Positions 48,646 through 58,259 of a DNA stretch of 64,000 bases are shown one piece after another. How positions within the stretch are numbered: position 1 is the stretch's first letter; every line of letters begins with the position of its first letter. The position numbers and the translations under genes were made by a program. Under the pieces are notes generated by a model, which worked only from the letters and a program-made list of their open reading frames with translations, ran no database searches and was not told the DNA's origin. The DNA is from Herpetosiphon sp. NSE202 (GTDB taxonomy: Bacteria > Chloroflexota > Chloroflexia > Chloroflexales > Herpetosiphonaceae): assembly GCF_042688385.1 (NCBI RefSeq), contig NZ_JBHUPY010000007.1, positions 194,110-258,109 on the forward strand, written 5' to 3'.

Positions 48646-49023
48646 CTAACGACCACCAGCAGGCTGCAAGGCCTTGACCTCGGTAATCGCGTTTTGTTCG
48701 TCAACAAAGACCACGGTTGGCTCCCATTCTTCGGGCTTGGCATCAACTTGGGCATAGGCCATGATGATCACCAAATCGCCAACATTGACTAAGTGCGCCG
48801 CAGCACCGTTGAGTTGAATTGTGCCCGAGCCACGTTCGCCGACAATTGCATAGGTTTCGAGCCGCGCACCGTTATTAACATCGACTACTTGAACCCGTTC
48901 AAATGGCCAAATTCCCGCTGCTTCCAAAAGATCCTCATCAATGGTTATCGAACCAACATAATTGAGGTCTGCCCCAGTGACGGTGGCGCGGTGAATTTTG
49001 GCATGCACGAGGGTACGAATCAT
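48646..49023 (-). CDS. panD: Aspartate 1-decarboxylase
   Basis: [38 protein letters not shown]...[10 protein letters not shown]. Pyruvoyl-site Gly-Ser present. Confidence 0.9.
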   Translation of the reverse strand: MIRTLVHAKIHRATVTGADLNYVGSITIDEDLLEAAGIWPFERVQVVDVNNGARLETYAIVGERGSGTIQLNGAAAHLVNVGDLVIIMAYAQVDAKPEEWEPTVVFVDEQNAITEVKALQPAGGR

Positions 49024-49166
49024 CGTTGATTACTCCTTAGGTTGGTCGCCGCTGTTCATCCCATCGATCAACAGTCGCCGCCATACATCATGATACGGCT
49101 GTCAGTGGTCTAACGCAAGTCATTTTTATTGAGGTTTCTATTTGATTCTTAAAAGATTTAGATGAA

Positions 49167-49272
49167 TCCCCTCACCCCAGCCCCTCTCCCGTCCAGCAGG
49201 CGAGGGGCTTTTACGGTGTTCTTGGCCTGATTGCTGTGCTCCCCAAGCTTGCTCCCCTCGCCCGCGTTCAGT
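49167..49272. repeat. Two inverted REP-like palindromic elements
   Basis: 49167-49208 and 49241-49272, same family. Confidence 0.8.
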
Positions 49273-49289
49273 GGGCGAGGGAAACTGAG

Positions 49290-49511
49290 TTATTTTTGCG
49301 GATTAGGATAGCGTTCGAGCTTACCATCGAGGTCAGCAATGCGTTCGCGTAATTGCTCAACGCTCAAGGCAGTACCGTCGTCATCGGTTGGCAACACAAT
49401 GCCTTCAGCCTCAAGATCCCAGTTTTGTTCAAGGCCTTCCAAGGCGCGGGCCAATTTGCGGCGTTCCGAAAGCCATTCCTTGCGATACATCCGATTTTTA
49501 TATTGTGGCAT
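49290..49511 (-). CDS. Small hypothetical protein (73 aa)
   Basis: GGAGG RBS. Charged helical protein. No recognisable domain. Confidence 0.4.
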   Translation of the reverse strand: MPQYKNRMYRKEWLSERRKLARALEGLEQNWDLEAEGIVLPTDDDGTALSVEQLRERIADLDGKLERYPNPQK

Positions 49512-49549
49512 ACAATCCTCCAATTCAAGTAATAGCTCTATTGTACCAT

Positions 49550-50224
49550 TCAGCGTTGCGCGCTTTGAGCCAACCACGCGGGCAACTCACTGAGCTGATT
49601 TAAGATCGTTGCTGGTTGGGCTGCGCTGAGCGTTGCCAGATCATGCGTGCCTGTTGTAACCGCTACGCTCGCAACTTTGGCGTTATGGCCAAGCGTAATA
49701 TCGTGGGTCGTGTCGCCAATCATCAGTGCTTGGGTTGCATTCAGGCCAAAATAGGCCAAGGTTTTTTCCAACATCTCGGCATGCGGCTTGGGCTGAGTTA
49801 CCGAATCGTTGCCCATCAGCAAATCAAAATACTCAAATAAGCCAACTTGCTGCAATACGGCAGCGCTCACTGGCGTAATTTTCGAGCTAGCAATCGTCAA
49901 CCGATAGCCAGTAGATTTTAATTTGCTGATAGTTTCGGCCACGCCTGTAAACAAACGGCTGCTCGGAATCGCAATCTCACGGTAGATTGTACGATAGCGC
50001 TCGGTCAAAATCGCATAGTTTTCAGGCCCAAAATCGGTCAAGCGTTCCCAAAAAACCTGCAATGGCAAGCCAATCCATGGTGCAATCTGGCGATATTCAG
50101 CTCCAGCAAAGCCATGTTCCGCCAACACTTGATTGACCGTATCCACAATCCCTTGCGCCGAATCGACCAACGTTCCATCTAAATCGAAAGCCAATAATTG
50201 AATCTGCTGCGAATCAACCACCAC
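49550..50224 (-). CDS. HAD-superfamily hydrolase (phosphoglycolate phosphatase-like)
   Basis: Motif I LLAFDLDGTLVDS, motif II S/T, motif IV GDTTHD. Confidence 0.75.
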   Translation of the reverse strand: MVVDSQQIQLLAFDLDGTLVDSAQGIVDTVNQVLAEHGFAGAEYRQIAPWIGLPLQVFWERLTDFGPENYAILTERYRTIYREIAIPSSRLFTGVAETISKLKSTGYRLTIASSKITPVSAAVLQQVGLFEYFDLLMGNDSVTQPKPHAEMLEKTLAYFGLNATQALMIGDTTHDITLGHNAKVASVAVTTGTHDLATLSAAQPATILNQLSELPAWLAQSAQR

Positions 50225-50429
50225 CGACTCCTAGCCTAAGCAACGAATCTAAACAGCTATTATGCAACGTTTGAGCAGTTTCGCAAATTGCGCAGCAACC
50301 CATGCCAAAAATCGTGATCAAGTGTATCTAACCAAAGCGAGTGAATAGATTTACCAGCTATGTATTGCATAGCATCCATTCCACAGAGGCTGGCAATCTT
50401 CACCCAAACCAGCCTTTGTGGAGTTACCA

Positions 50430-51311
50430 ATGCGCTATCTTGGCCTGAGTGGCCGCATTTTGAAACGACCTGATTTACAAGCGCCCAACCAGCAAGGCCT
50501 AAGTCAATGGGTTTTGTATCTTTACGATGTGCTGCGCTATCTCGACCAACAACACATTCATTGTTATCGTTTGCCAGCCTGGCCGTATGAATTGCTGAAT
50601 AGCTGGCCCGAATCCGCCGATCAACTCAGCTTAATTGGCAATTATGCCCAACAAGCCAAAATTCGCCTAACCTATCATGCGCCAAGCAATGTGCTGCTCA
50701 ATAGCCATGATCAGCATATTCGCCAGTATGCGCTGAATTATTTAACTAGTGCAGCAGACTTTTTGTCCCAGCTTGGCAGCTATGATCCAGTGATTGTAGT
50801 CCATATCGGGGCGCAATATGGCGATCGAGCTTGGGCCTTGGCGCAAACGGTCGCCAGTTTGCAGCAGCTTGATTCCGCAGTTCTCAATTGCTTAGCCCTA
50901 GAGGCCGATGGCCGAGTTTGGAGCTTGCTCGATGCATTGCACATTCATGCCCAAACTAAGATTCCGGTGATTTTCGATTGGCTACATCATCAACTTTACA
51001 ACCCAGCCCAACTCAATGCTGGCGCTGGATTAGAATATGCGCTGGCGACTTGGCCAAGCCAACGCAAGCCCAAAGTGCATTTTAGCTCACCTAGAACCGA
51101 AATTCGGCTTGGTCAACGCCAACAATTATTGCTGCCAACGTGGCATGAGCACAGCGATTTGGCCAATCCATTTGAATTAATCAGCCTGCTACGGTTGCCA
51201 TTCCAGCGCGATTACGATCTGATGCTTGAGGTTAAGGCAGGCGATTTGGCGCTTGAACGAGCGCGCAGCGATCTCCAACGCTTTGCGCCTGAACTTGTTG
51301 ATGTGGAGTAG
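50430..51311 (+). CDS. uvsE: UV damage endonuclease UvsE (UVDE)-like, TIM-barrel
   Basis: Collinear UvsE motifs: VHIGAQYGD (IHIGGAYGN), LEADGRVW, IPVIFDWLHHQLYNP, PKVHFSSPRTE. Confidence 0.75.
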   Translation: MRYLGLSGRILKRPDLQAPNQQGLSQWVLYLYDVLRYLDQQHIHCYRLPAWPYELLNSWPESADQLSLIGNYAQQAKIRLTYHAPSNVLLNSHDQHIRQYALNYLTSAADFLSQLGSYDPVIVVHIGAQYGDRAWALAQTVASLQQLDSAVLNCLALEADGRVWSLLDALHIHAQTKIPVIFDWLHHQLYNPAQLNAGAGLEYALATWPSQRKPKVHFSSPRTEIRLGQRQQLLLPTWHEHSDLANPFELISLLRLPFQRDYDLMLEVKAGDLALERARSDLQRFAPELVDVE

Positions 51312-51314
51312 GTT

Positions 51315-51953
51315 ATGCCAGAAGCCAATACGCCAGTTTTAGTCGCAGTCTTGAATAACCAAGCAGATTGGCAACGGATTCAGGAGCAGCATTGGTATCG
51401 GGTTCCGTTAGCCCACGCCCCACGGCGCATGACTGCTGGCATTTTGGCATGGTATCAAACCAAGGCGTTTGGTGCTGAGGGCGGTCAAATTCGCTGGTAT
51501 GCAGAAATAAATCATGTGAGCCAAGCCACCCGCAGTCAGCTAATCCCCGAGCAACCAGCGCATCCTCGTGCTCAAGAGCGCTACTGGCGACTCCAAATTG
51601 GCCAATTGCAAAGCTTGCCGCAGCCAATTTTAGCCCAACGCTTTCGACGAATTACCTTTATTAGCACCAATTGGCAGCAGTTCATTCACGCCAAGCAGAT
51701 CAACGATCTCTGGCTAGGTGATAGCTTAATCGAGCAACTAAGCCAACAATTAATCAGCGAGGGCATGAACGTAGCGCGACGGCGCTTACACGATGGTAAT
51801 ACGCCGCCGCAAGGCACATGTATTCTGATTCCGTTGCTCAATCAGATTGAGCTCCAGATTGGTGGGCAGGTTTTACGACTCGAACATGAGGATTTAATTT
51901 GGGATTTTGCTGGCTGCTTAGCCCAAATTCGCGCCTTACAACGCCGCAATTGA
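51315..51953 (+). CDS. Hypothetical protein
   Basis: Four nt downstream of the uvsE stop. No recognisable domain. Confidence 0.4.
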   Translation: MPEANTPVLVAVLNNQADWQRIQEQHWYRVPLAHAPRRMTAGILAWYQTKAFGAEGGQIRWYAEINHVSQATRSQLIPEQPAHPRAQERYWRLQIGQLQSLPQPILAQRFRRITFISTNWQQFIHAKQINDLWLGDSLIEQLSQQLISEGMNVARRRLHDGNTPPQGTCILIPLLNQIELQIGGQVLRLEHEDLIWDFAGCLAQIRALQRRN

Positions 51954-51965
51954 GCTAGGTTCAGC

Positions 51966-52511
51966 CTATTGACCAGCAAGCAACAAACGGGCAAGGCGCT
52001 CGCCGCCAACCAAATCGGCCAAATGGGCCAATTGGTTATCTTCGTAGGCTTGATTAAACAGTGCTACATCGAGGGCTAGAACTTTGCGGAAGGCAATAAT
52101 TGCATTAGTGGGGTCGCTGCTCGTAGCGGCAATCTGCTCACCACACGGCATAATAATATCCAGCATCGCCAACGGATAGCGCACAGGCAAACCGATGCGC
52201 ACATGAATTTCGCCAATTTTCAAGCGTTGCTGAGCATACGCTTCATCATACGTCCCACGAAACAAATCGCTAAACCATGTTCCAAGCATGCCCGTCAAGC
52301 GTTCTACCGAAACGCCATCGAGGTATTCAGCGGTAGCGGCGTGGCCAAGCAAGCGCTTGTAAAATGCATCGGTAAAATCTTTGGTTTGAGCTTTGGCCTT
52401 TTCGTGTAAGCCGCCAAGTAATTGCGCTTCGGCAGCAGAAACATCCATCATTTTGACCAACTCGGTGAGAATGGCCGTGCCTTTCACGCCCCAACTTTGA
52501 CGATCTGCCAT
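51966..52511 (-). CDS. Single-domain sensor globin / protoglobin-family protein
   Basis: RLKIGEIHVRIGLPVRYPLAMLDII matches the conserved segment of globin-coupled-sensor/protoglobin domains. No output domain. Confidence 0.6.
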   Translation of the reverse strand: MADRQSWGVKGTAILTELVKMMDVSAAEAQLLGGLHEKAKAQTKDFTDAFYKRLLGHAATAEYLDGVSVERLTGMLGTWFSDLFRGTYDEAYAQQRLKIGEIHVRIGLPVRYPLAMLDIIMPCGEQIAATSSDPTNAIIAFRKVLALDVALFNQAYEDNQLAHLADLVGGERLARLLLAGQ

Positions 52512-52526
52512 GAGCTACCTCCTTGA

Positions 52527-52904
52527 TTAAGCACTCATCAGTTCGGCGATTGCCCGACCAGTTTCCCGCGCTTCAATCCGAATCATGCCAAGATTGGCTT
52601 GTTGGCGCAGAATGATTGCCAGAATCATTTGGGTAGCAACTGGCATAACTAAGAGATAGCCACTTTCGGCGTTAACAATGGCCTCGTTGGCCTTCCCAAT
52701 TTTCAAATCGTTAACCACGCGGGTCGTAACCCCCATCATCGTGGCTGCAATCGCGCCCATGCGGTCGGCATTAACATCTGCCGACATGCGCGAGCTAATC
52801 AAAATCCCATCTGAACTAATTAATGCGGCCCCATTAATATCGTTACCGTTATTGGTAACCAATTGGCCTAAAATAGTATTAATTTGCTCCGAACGACTAG
52901 CCAT
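52527..52904 (-). CDS. Roadblock/LC7 (MglB-like) domain protein
   Basis: ILGQLVTNNGNDINGAALISSDGILISS...GYLLVMPV typical Roadblock fold pattern. Confidence 0.7.
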   Translation of the reverse strand: MASRSEQINTILGQLVTNNGNDINGAALISSDGILISSRMSADVNADRMGAIAATMMGVTTRVVNDLKIGKANEAIVNAESGYLLVMPVATQMILAIILRQQANLGMIRIEARETGRAIAELMSA

Positions 52905-53478
52905 GAGAGTGCTCCTTGTGAGTTACAGGCGAGGAGGATGAATCTTGGGCTAAAACGTCGATTCGATCAAGCAGCGTAGCGATTACATCGCTCACCAGCG
53001 CATAGTCGGTTGCGTTACAAGCGAGAATCGGAATATCGTTTGGTAGCCCTAAACGGCGGCGAATATACGTTGGCGGCAAGGCCCCAGGTAAATCTTGTTT
53101 GGTGGCGGCAACCACGAATGGTACGGGGGTCAGTTCCGCGAAGCGTTCCAATACAACAATTGTTTCGTTAAAATGGGCTGGGCGACAGCTATCAACTAAA
53201 ACAATATAACCCAAACAGCCTTCAGCTAAAATTTCCCACATAAAATCAAAACGTTCTTGGCCTGGCGTGCCAAATAAGAGCAAGCGTTGTTCGGCATCAA
53301 TCGTCAACGTGCCGAAATCCAAGCCAACCGTTGTATGATGTTTCAATTCTTTTTCTTCAGCGTGTGTGACGGCAACATCAGTATCAACGACATCGATTTC
53401 GCTGACTGTGCGAATAAATTGCGATTTACCCGCCGCGTATGCTCCCGTGATAACAATTTTATAATTGACCATTGTCAC
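52897..53478 (-). CDS. MglA-like small Ras-superfamily GTPase
   Basis: P-loop KIVITGAYAAGKSQF. Switch II FGTPGQERF. ATKQD NKxD-like box. 8-nt overlap with the roadblock gene. Confidence 0.7.
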   Translation of the reverse strand: MTMVNYKIVITGAYAAGKSQFIRTVSEIDVVDTDVAVTHAEEKELKHHTTVGLDFGTLTIDAEQRLLLFGTPGQERFDFMWEILAEGCLGYIVLVDSCRPAHFNETIVVLERFAELTPVPFVVAATKQDLPGALPPTYIRRRLGLPNDIPILACNATDYALVSDVIATLLDRIDVLAQDSSSSPVTHKEHSHG

Positions 53479-53480
53479 TC

Positions 53481-54179
53481 CTACGCACTAGCGCTGGTAC
53501 GACGCAGCCGCGCTTTGATAGCTTGAACCAACCCACGCACCCGAGTTTCAACCATATGTTCAGGGTTTGGAGCCATCAAAACTGGGCTAAGCGAACGCTG
53601 AGAAACAACAATCTCGCAGGACACCTCCACCAAGTTCAAGGCGATCAAACGATGCAGCACTTTGAGAGTTTGATCGTAATTCCAACCAGTGGCTTCAACC
53701 AGTTCAGCCACGCTTAATTCTTGGACTAATTGGCTCAAAATGCGCCAATCTTCGAGGGTCAGGGTGATGTCGCTGGCTTGGCTGAGCTTTGGCACCAAGC
53801 GCAAACGCGAGGTTGGCTGAAGTTTGGTCGTGCCAGCCAAGCGTTGTGGTTGGTCGCGGCGACGCAAGCCTTCAATAATCAGCCAATCAATTGAGCGTTG
53901 AATTTGCACGCTGACCGTTTCTTGTGGGTTGGGTGGTAAAAAGACAAATTGGGCATCGTCCCAGGCCAGCATATCAAACACCGCTTGTTCACCACACGAA
54001 ATCCGTTCGTGGGAAGTATTTTTGACCACCCCTGCATTGATAATTGCGCCATCAAAAAACCACAACATCGCCTTGAATGGAGCATTCGCAATCAGTAGAC
54101 GACCAGTTTTGCGCCCATGATGAAATACATGCATCAAATCAATCAATGGCATATCAGCAAAATTACCTTCGAGAGCCAT
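53481..54179 (-). CDS. DUF4388-domain protein
   Basis: N-terminal LEGNFADMPLIDLMHVFHHGRKTGRLLI...AMLWFFDGAIINAG signature of DUF4388. First gene of the four-gene operon. Confidence 0.55.
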   Translation of the reverse strand: MALEGNFADMPLIDLMHVFHHGRKTGRLLIANAPFKAMLWFFDGAIINAGVVKNTSHERISCGEQAVFDMLAWDDAQFVFLPPNPQETVSVQIQRSIDWLIIEGLRRRDQPQRLAGTTKLQPTSRLRLVPKLSQASDITLTLEDWRILSQLVQELSVAELVEATGWNYDQTLKVLHRLIALNLVEVSCEIVVSQRSLSPVLMAPNPEHMVETRVRGLVQAIKARLRRTSASA

Positions 54180-54540
54180 AGCCGTCTCCTTTTTGCGCAG
54201 TACAACCAGTCGATGTTGTCTAGGTTTTGTCCATATTCTGTATAAAAATAATACAAGCTGGAACAAATATATTTTCTAGCAGGCTTGATTGCAGGCATCG
54301 ACGTAAGAAAAATGACAACTGTATTATGGCCGCAATTGGATGTATCCGTCTATGATATGTCAATACTCTTTATGGCTATGCAGGGGTAAGGTAACGATTG
54401 GGATGGAAGTACTAGAAGACGTTTCCATGGAGAGGATCGCAGGTATAACGTGCTAGGTTGATTGAACCATGCCTAAGAGGGGTTTGTCAAGATGGGATAC
54501 AATAGCCACGATCTGCGGTTTTTTTAGTATTGAGGTTGTT

Positions 54541-55161
54541 ATGGGCTTACATGTATCATCGCATCCATTGGTTTTACATAAATTGGCGTTACTGCGACGC
54601 GTCGAGAGCGAACCAAAGAAATTCCGCGAATTGGTGCGCGAAATTTCGCAATTTTTGGTCTATGAAGCAACTGCCGATATGCCGCTTGCGCCCTATACCA
54701 TTCAGACCCCTTTAGGCTCGATGGAAGGCCACGCCATCGGCGCACGCATTGGCTTGATTCCGATTTTGCGGGCTGGCTTGGGCATGGTCGAGCCAGTGAT
54801 TGACCTCTTGCCAACCGCCCACGTCTGGCATTTAGGCCTGTATCGCGACCATAACTCGCTTGAGCCAGTTACCTACTATAACAAATTACCAGCCCAACCT
54901 GATATTGATGTGTGTTTGATTCTCGACCCAATGTTGGCAACTGGTGGCTCAGCAGTTGCTGCGGTTGATATTTTGAAGGCTTGGGGCGCTGCCAAGATTA
55001 AATTCTTGGGGTTAATCGCCGCACCTGAAGGGGTAGAACGCTTGCAAAACGCTCACCCCGACGTGGAAATTCATTTGGCAGCGCTTGACGAACGCTTGAA
55101 CGAGCAAGGCTATATCGTGCCCGGCTTGGGCGATGCAGGTGACCGCCAATTTGGAACGTAG
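54541..55161 (+). CDS. upp: Uracil phosphoribosyltransferase
   Basis: [12 protein letters not shown]...[12 protein letters not shown]...[24 protein letters not shown]-binding motif. Confidence 0.85.
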   Translation: MGLHVSSHPLVLHKLALLRRVESEPKKFRELVREISQFLVYEATADMPLAPYTIQTPLGSMEGHAIGARIGLIPILRAGLGMVEPVIDLLPTAHVWHLGLYRDHNSLEPVTYYNKLPAQPDIDVCLILDPMLATGGSAVAAVDILKAWGAAKIKFLGLIAAPEGVERLQNAHPDVEIHLAALDERLNEQGYIVPGLGDAGDRQFGT

Positions 55162-55167
55162 GCAAGA

Positions 55168-56148
55168 ATGCGCATTTTAGTAACTGGGGCAACTGGTTTT
55201 TTGGGTTCGCACACCGCTTTGGCCCTGCACAAAGCTGGGCATACGGTGCTGGGCTTGGGTCGCCGCTGGCAGCAGGTTCCACAGCTTGTGAACGCTGGCA
55301 TTAAGCCAATTACTGCTGATTTACGCGAGCGCGATGCAGTGATTGCGGCCTGCGCTGACTGCGATCTGGTGGTGCATAGCGGGGCACTTTCGGCACCGTG
55401 GGGCAGTCGCCGCGATTTTCAGGCGATTAACGTTGACGGAACGGCCCATGTGCTGGCTGGTTGTGCTGCGCACAATGTTGGACGCTTGGTGTTTATCTCA
55501 TCACCAAGCGTTCTTTCCAATGGCCATGATCAGCTGGATTTAGTCGATACTGCGCCCTATCCGGCGCGGCCAATCTCGCTCTATTCAGCCAGCAAACAGC
55601 AGGCCGAGCAGTTGGTGCTGACCCATGCAACGCCAAGCGTCATTTTGCGGCCCAAGGCGATTTTTGGCGAGGGCGATCAAGCGTTGTTGCCACGAATTAT
55701 TGCGGCAGCACGGGCTGGGCGCTTACGCCAATTTGGCGCTGGTCAAAATCTGGTTGATTTGACCTATGTGGAAAATGTGGTGCATGCAATTGAGCTGGCG
55801 TTAACTGCACCAGCGGCGCTTGGCAAGGCCTACACAATCACCAACGCCGAGCATCCGCAACTGTGGGCGGTCATTCGGCGGGTGCTGGCTGAGTTGGGCG
55901 TGAAGAGCGATTTACGGCCAATGCCCTTGCCTGTGGCCCTGTTGATGGCACGCATAATGGAAAGTATTAGTCTGGTAACCCGCCGCGAGCCATTATTGAC
56001 GCGCTATAGCGTGTTGGCCTTGGCGCGCAGCCAAACCCATTCGATCGTTGCTGCTCAACACGATTTGGGCTATCAACCACAAATTAGCCTTGAGCTTGGC
56101 ATTCAACGCACAATCGCCGCCCTCAAACAGCCAACAAAGGTGGATTAA
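55168..56148 (+). CDS. NAD-dependent epimerase/dehydratase (extended SDR)
   Basis: MRILVTGATGFLGSHTALAL. YxxxK (YSASK). Confidence 0.75.
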   Translation: MRILVTGATGFLGSHTALALHKAGHTVLGLGRRWQQVPQLVNAGIKPITADLRERDAVIAACADCDLVVHSGALSAPWGSRRDFQAINVDGTAHVLAGCAAHNVGRLVFISSPSVLSNGHDQLDLVDTAPYPARPISLYSASKQQAEQLVLTHATPSVILRPKAIFGEGDQALLPRIIAAARAGRLRQFGAGQNLVDLTYVENVVHAIELALTAPAALGKAYTITNAEHPQLWAVIRRVLAELGVKSDLRPMPLPVALLMARIMESISLVTRREPLLTRYSVLALARSQTHSIVAAQHDLGYQPQISLELGIQRTIAALKQPTKVD

Positions 56149-56964
56149 ATGCAGGTTTTCTTGCTGGATACGGGAATTTGCCGCGTGCCAGAATATCATA
56201 TGTTGCGCGATGGCAGCAGCCAAATTATCGATTGCCATGCAGTTGTGGCCTTGATTGAGCATCCCCAGCGGGGCTGGGGCTTGTTTGATGTTGGTTATAG
56301 CCAAGCGATGCTCAGCGCAACCGAACATTTGCCGTGGTCGCTCTATCGGCGGGCTACGCCACTGCGCTTGTCGCCAGCGCTAGAAGTGATCAATCAACTG
56401 CCAAACTATGGCTTGAGCGCCGCCGATATTGGCTGGATTGTGCTTTCTCACGCGCATGCCGACCATGTAGCCGCGTTGGCCGATTTTCCGCAGGCCGATT
56501 TATATCTTTCGGCAACGGCGTTTGAGTTGGTTAGCCAAGTTCAGGGGATTAATGCTTTGCGGCGGGGCATTATTCCAAGTTTATTTCCCCAAGCTTGGCA
56601 CCAACGTCTGCATTTAATTCATACATTTAACGATCAGCCGTTGTTTGCCTTGGGCAATAGCCACGATTTGTTTGGCGATGGACTGTTGCGTTTGGTTGAA
56701 TTGCCCGGCCATGCACGCGGCCAAATTGGCATGTATGTTGCCAATCAGCGGCCAATCCTGCTGGCGGCGGATGGAGCGTGGCACTCACGGGCGATTCGCG
56801 AACAAGTGCTGCCACACCCAATTACCTATTTGATGATCGACGATGCCAAAGCTATGGCCACAACCTTGGCGCGCTTGAGTGCTTTTGCTCAAGCCTACCC
56901 TGAGGTATTGATTGTGCCTTGCCATTGCCCAGAAATCTATGCTAGCGAGGTAGCCAAGGCATGA
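56149..56964 (+). CDS. Metallo-beta-lactamase-fold hydrolase
   Basis: HAHADHV motif. Downstream His/Asp ligands. Start abuts the upstream stop. Confidence 0.7.
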   Translation: MQVFLLDTGICRVPEYHMLRDGSSQIIDCHAVVALIEHPQRGWGLFDVGYSQAMLSATEHLPWSLYRRATPLRLSPALEVINQLPNYGLSAADIGWIVLSHAHADHVAALADFPQADLYLSATAFELVSQVQGINALRRGIIPSLFPQAWHQRLHLIHTFNDQPLFALGNSHDLFGDGLLRLVELPGHARGQIGMYVANQRPILLAADGAWHSRAIREQVLPHPITYLMIDDAKAMATTLARLSAFAQAYPEVLIVPCHCPEIYASEVAKA

Positions 56965-58259
56965 GCATCAGCGATACATTAACTACAGCTTGGTATTTTG
57001 GGCGCGCACGTTGGCGTTGGCGGCTGAATCGACAGCGTTTGCGAGATTTTCAAAATACTAAAGCCCAGCAATTAATTCCGTGGGTGGCTCAGCATTCAGC
57101 CTTCTATCGCCAGCATTGGCAAGGCCACGACCTGCGTGATTGGCGCAATTTGCCGGTCGTCGATAAACGCTTGATGATGGCTAACTTTCGTGAATTTAAT
57201 AGCTTGGAAGTGCCAGCAGCAGCGGCCTTCGATCTAGCGCAACAAGCAGAGCAAGAGCGTGATTTTGTGCCGCGCTTGGGTGATCTGACGGTTGGGCTTT
57301 CGTCGGGCACGTCGGGCCATCGCGGCTTGTTTTTGCTTAGCCCCGCCGAGCAATTACTGTGGGTTGGCACGATTTTGGCCCGCACATTGCACCAAATCAA
57401 GCCAACCAAAATTGCCTTTTTCCTGCGTGCCAACAGCAATCTTTACCAACAATTGGGCGGGCGGTTGATTCAATTTCGCTATTTTGATTTGACTCAAGCG
57501 CTTGAGCCGCAGCTTGAAATGCTGAATACCTACCAGCCAACAATCATTGTTGCGCCGCCAGCATTGCTGTTGCAATTGCTCGCCGCAGCCCAAACTGGCG
57601 AATTGACGCATCGCCCTGAGCGCATGATTAGCGTGGCTGATGCGTTGGCCCCAGATGAACAAGCGCAACTTAGCACGTTTTTTGGCATTCCAATCGAGCA
57701 AATCTATCAAGCAACCGAAGGTTTGCTCGCCATCTCGTGTGCGCATGGCAGTTTGCACATTCAAGAGGATTTGGTGGCGCTGGATTTTGAGGATTTAGGC
57801 CAAGGCCGAGTTACGCCGTATGTCACCGATTTGTGGCGGCGCACTCAGCCGATTATTCGCTATCGATTGAACGATGTATTGCGCCTGAGTTCGCAAGCGT
57901 GCAGCTGTGGCAGCAGCTTCGCGGTGATTGAACAGATCGAGGGGCGGCGTGATGATATTTGCTACTTTACGGCACATGGTCAGCGCCAAGCAATGTTCCC
58001 TGATAGCTTGCGCCGCGCCATTCTCTTAGCGCATCCAGCAATTTTAGAATATCAAATCATCCAGCCAGCAGACGACCAGTTGCAAATCAGCTTGACCATA
58101 GCAGATACGGCGGATGCTACATTGGTTAGTACAGCGGTTGAGCAGCAGATTCAGCGTCAGCTAGCCGAATATGGTTGTAGCGCGTATCATTTGAGCATCG
58201 ATTTTGCAGCAATCGATTATGGGACGCTGAATAAACGTCGGCGTGTAATTCGGCAATGA
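56961..58259 (+). CDS. PaaK/F390-synthetase/LuxE-like adenylate-forming enzyme
   Basis: GLSSGTSGHRGLFLLS P-loop-like motif. Domain order typical of acyl-adenylate-forming PaaK superfamily. 4-nt overlap upstream. Confidence 0.55.
   Translation: MSISDTLTTAWYFGRARWRWRLNRQRLRDFQNTKAQQLIPWVAQHSAFYRQHWQGHDLRDWRNLPVVDKRLMMANFREFNSLEVPAAAAFDLAQQAEQERDFVPRLGDLTVGLSSGTSGHRGLFLLSPAEQLLWVGTILARTLHQIKPTKIAFFLRANSNLYQQLGGRLIQFRYFDLTQALEPQLEMLNTYQPTIIVAPPALLLQLLAAAQTGELTHRPERMISVADALAPDEQAQLSTFFGIPIEQIYQATEGLLAISCAHGSLHIQEDLVALDFEDLGQGRVTPYVTDLWRRTQPIIRYRLNDVLRLSSQACSCGSSFAVIEQIEGRRDDICYFTAHGQRQAMFPDSLRRAILLAHPAILEYQIIQPADDQLQISLTIADTADATLVSTAVEQQIQRQLAEYGCSAYHLSIDFAAIDYGTLNKRRRVIRQ

Noticed and set aside
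13190-49290. Possible CRISPR array suggested by recurring GC-rich ~40-bp repeats
   Set aside because: Repeats are palindromic, occur in inverted pairs with irregular spacing, and are scattered over six loci with no uniform spacer lengths or cas genes. This is the REP/MITE pattern, not CRISPR.
54300-54540. Possible PyrR-binding attenuator or riboswitch in the long upp leader (CCTAAGAGGGG resembles the PyrR loop. T-tract GCGGTTTTTTT is just before the start).
   Set aside because: No convincing stem precedes the T-tract. The PyrR-box match is partial. Not supportable without covariance-model search.
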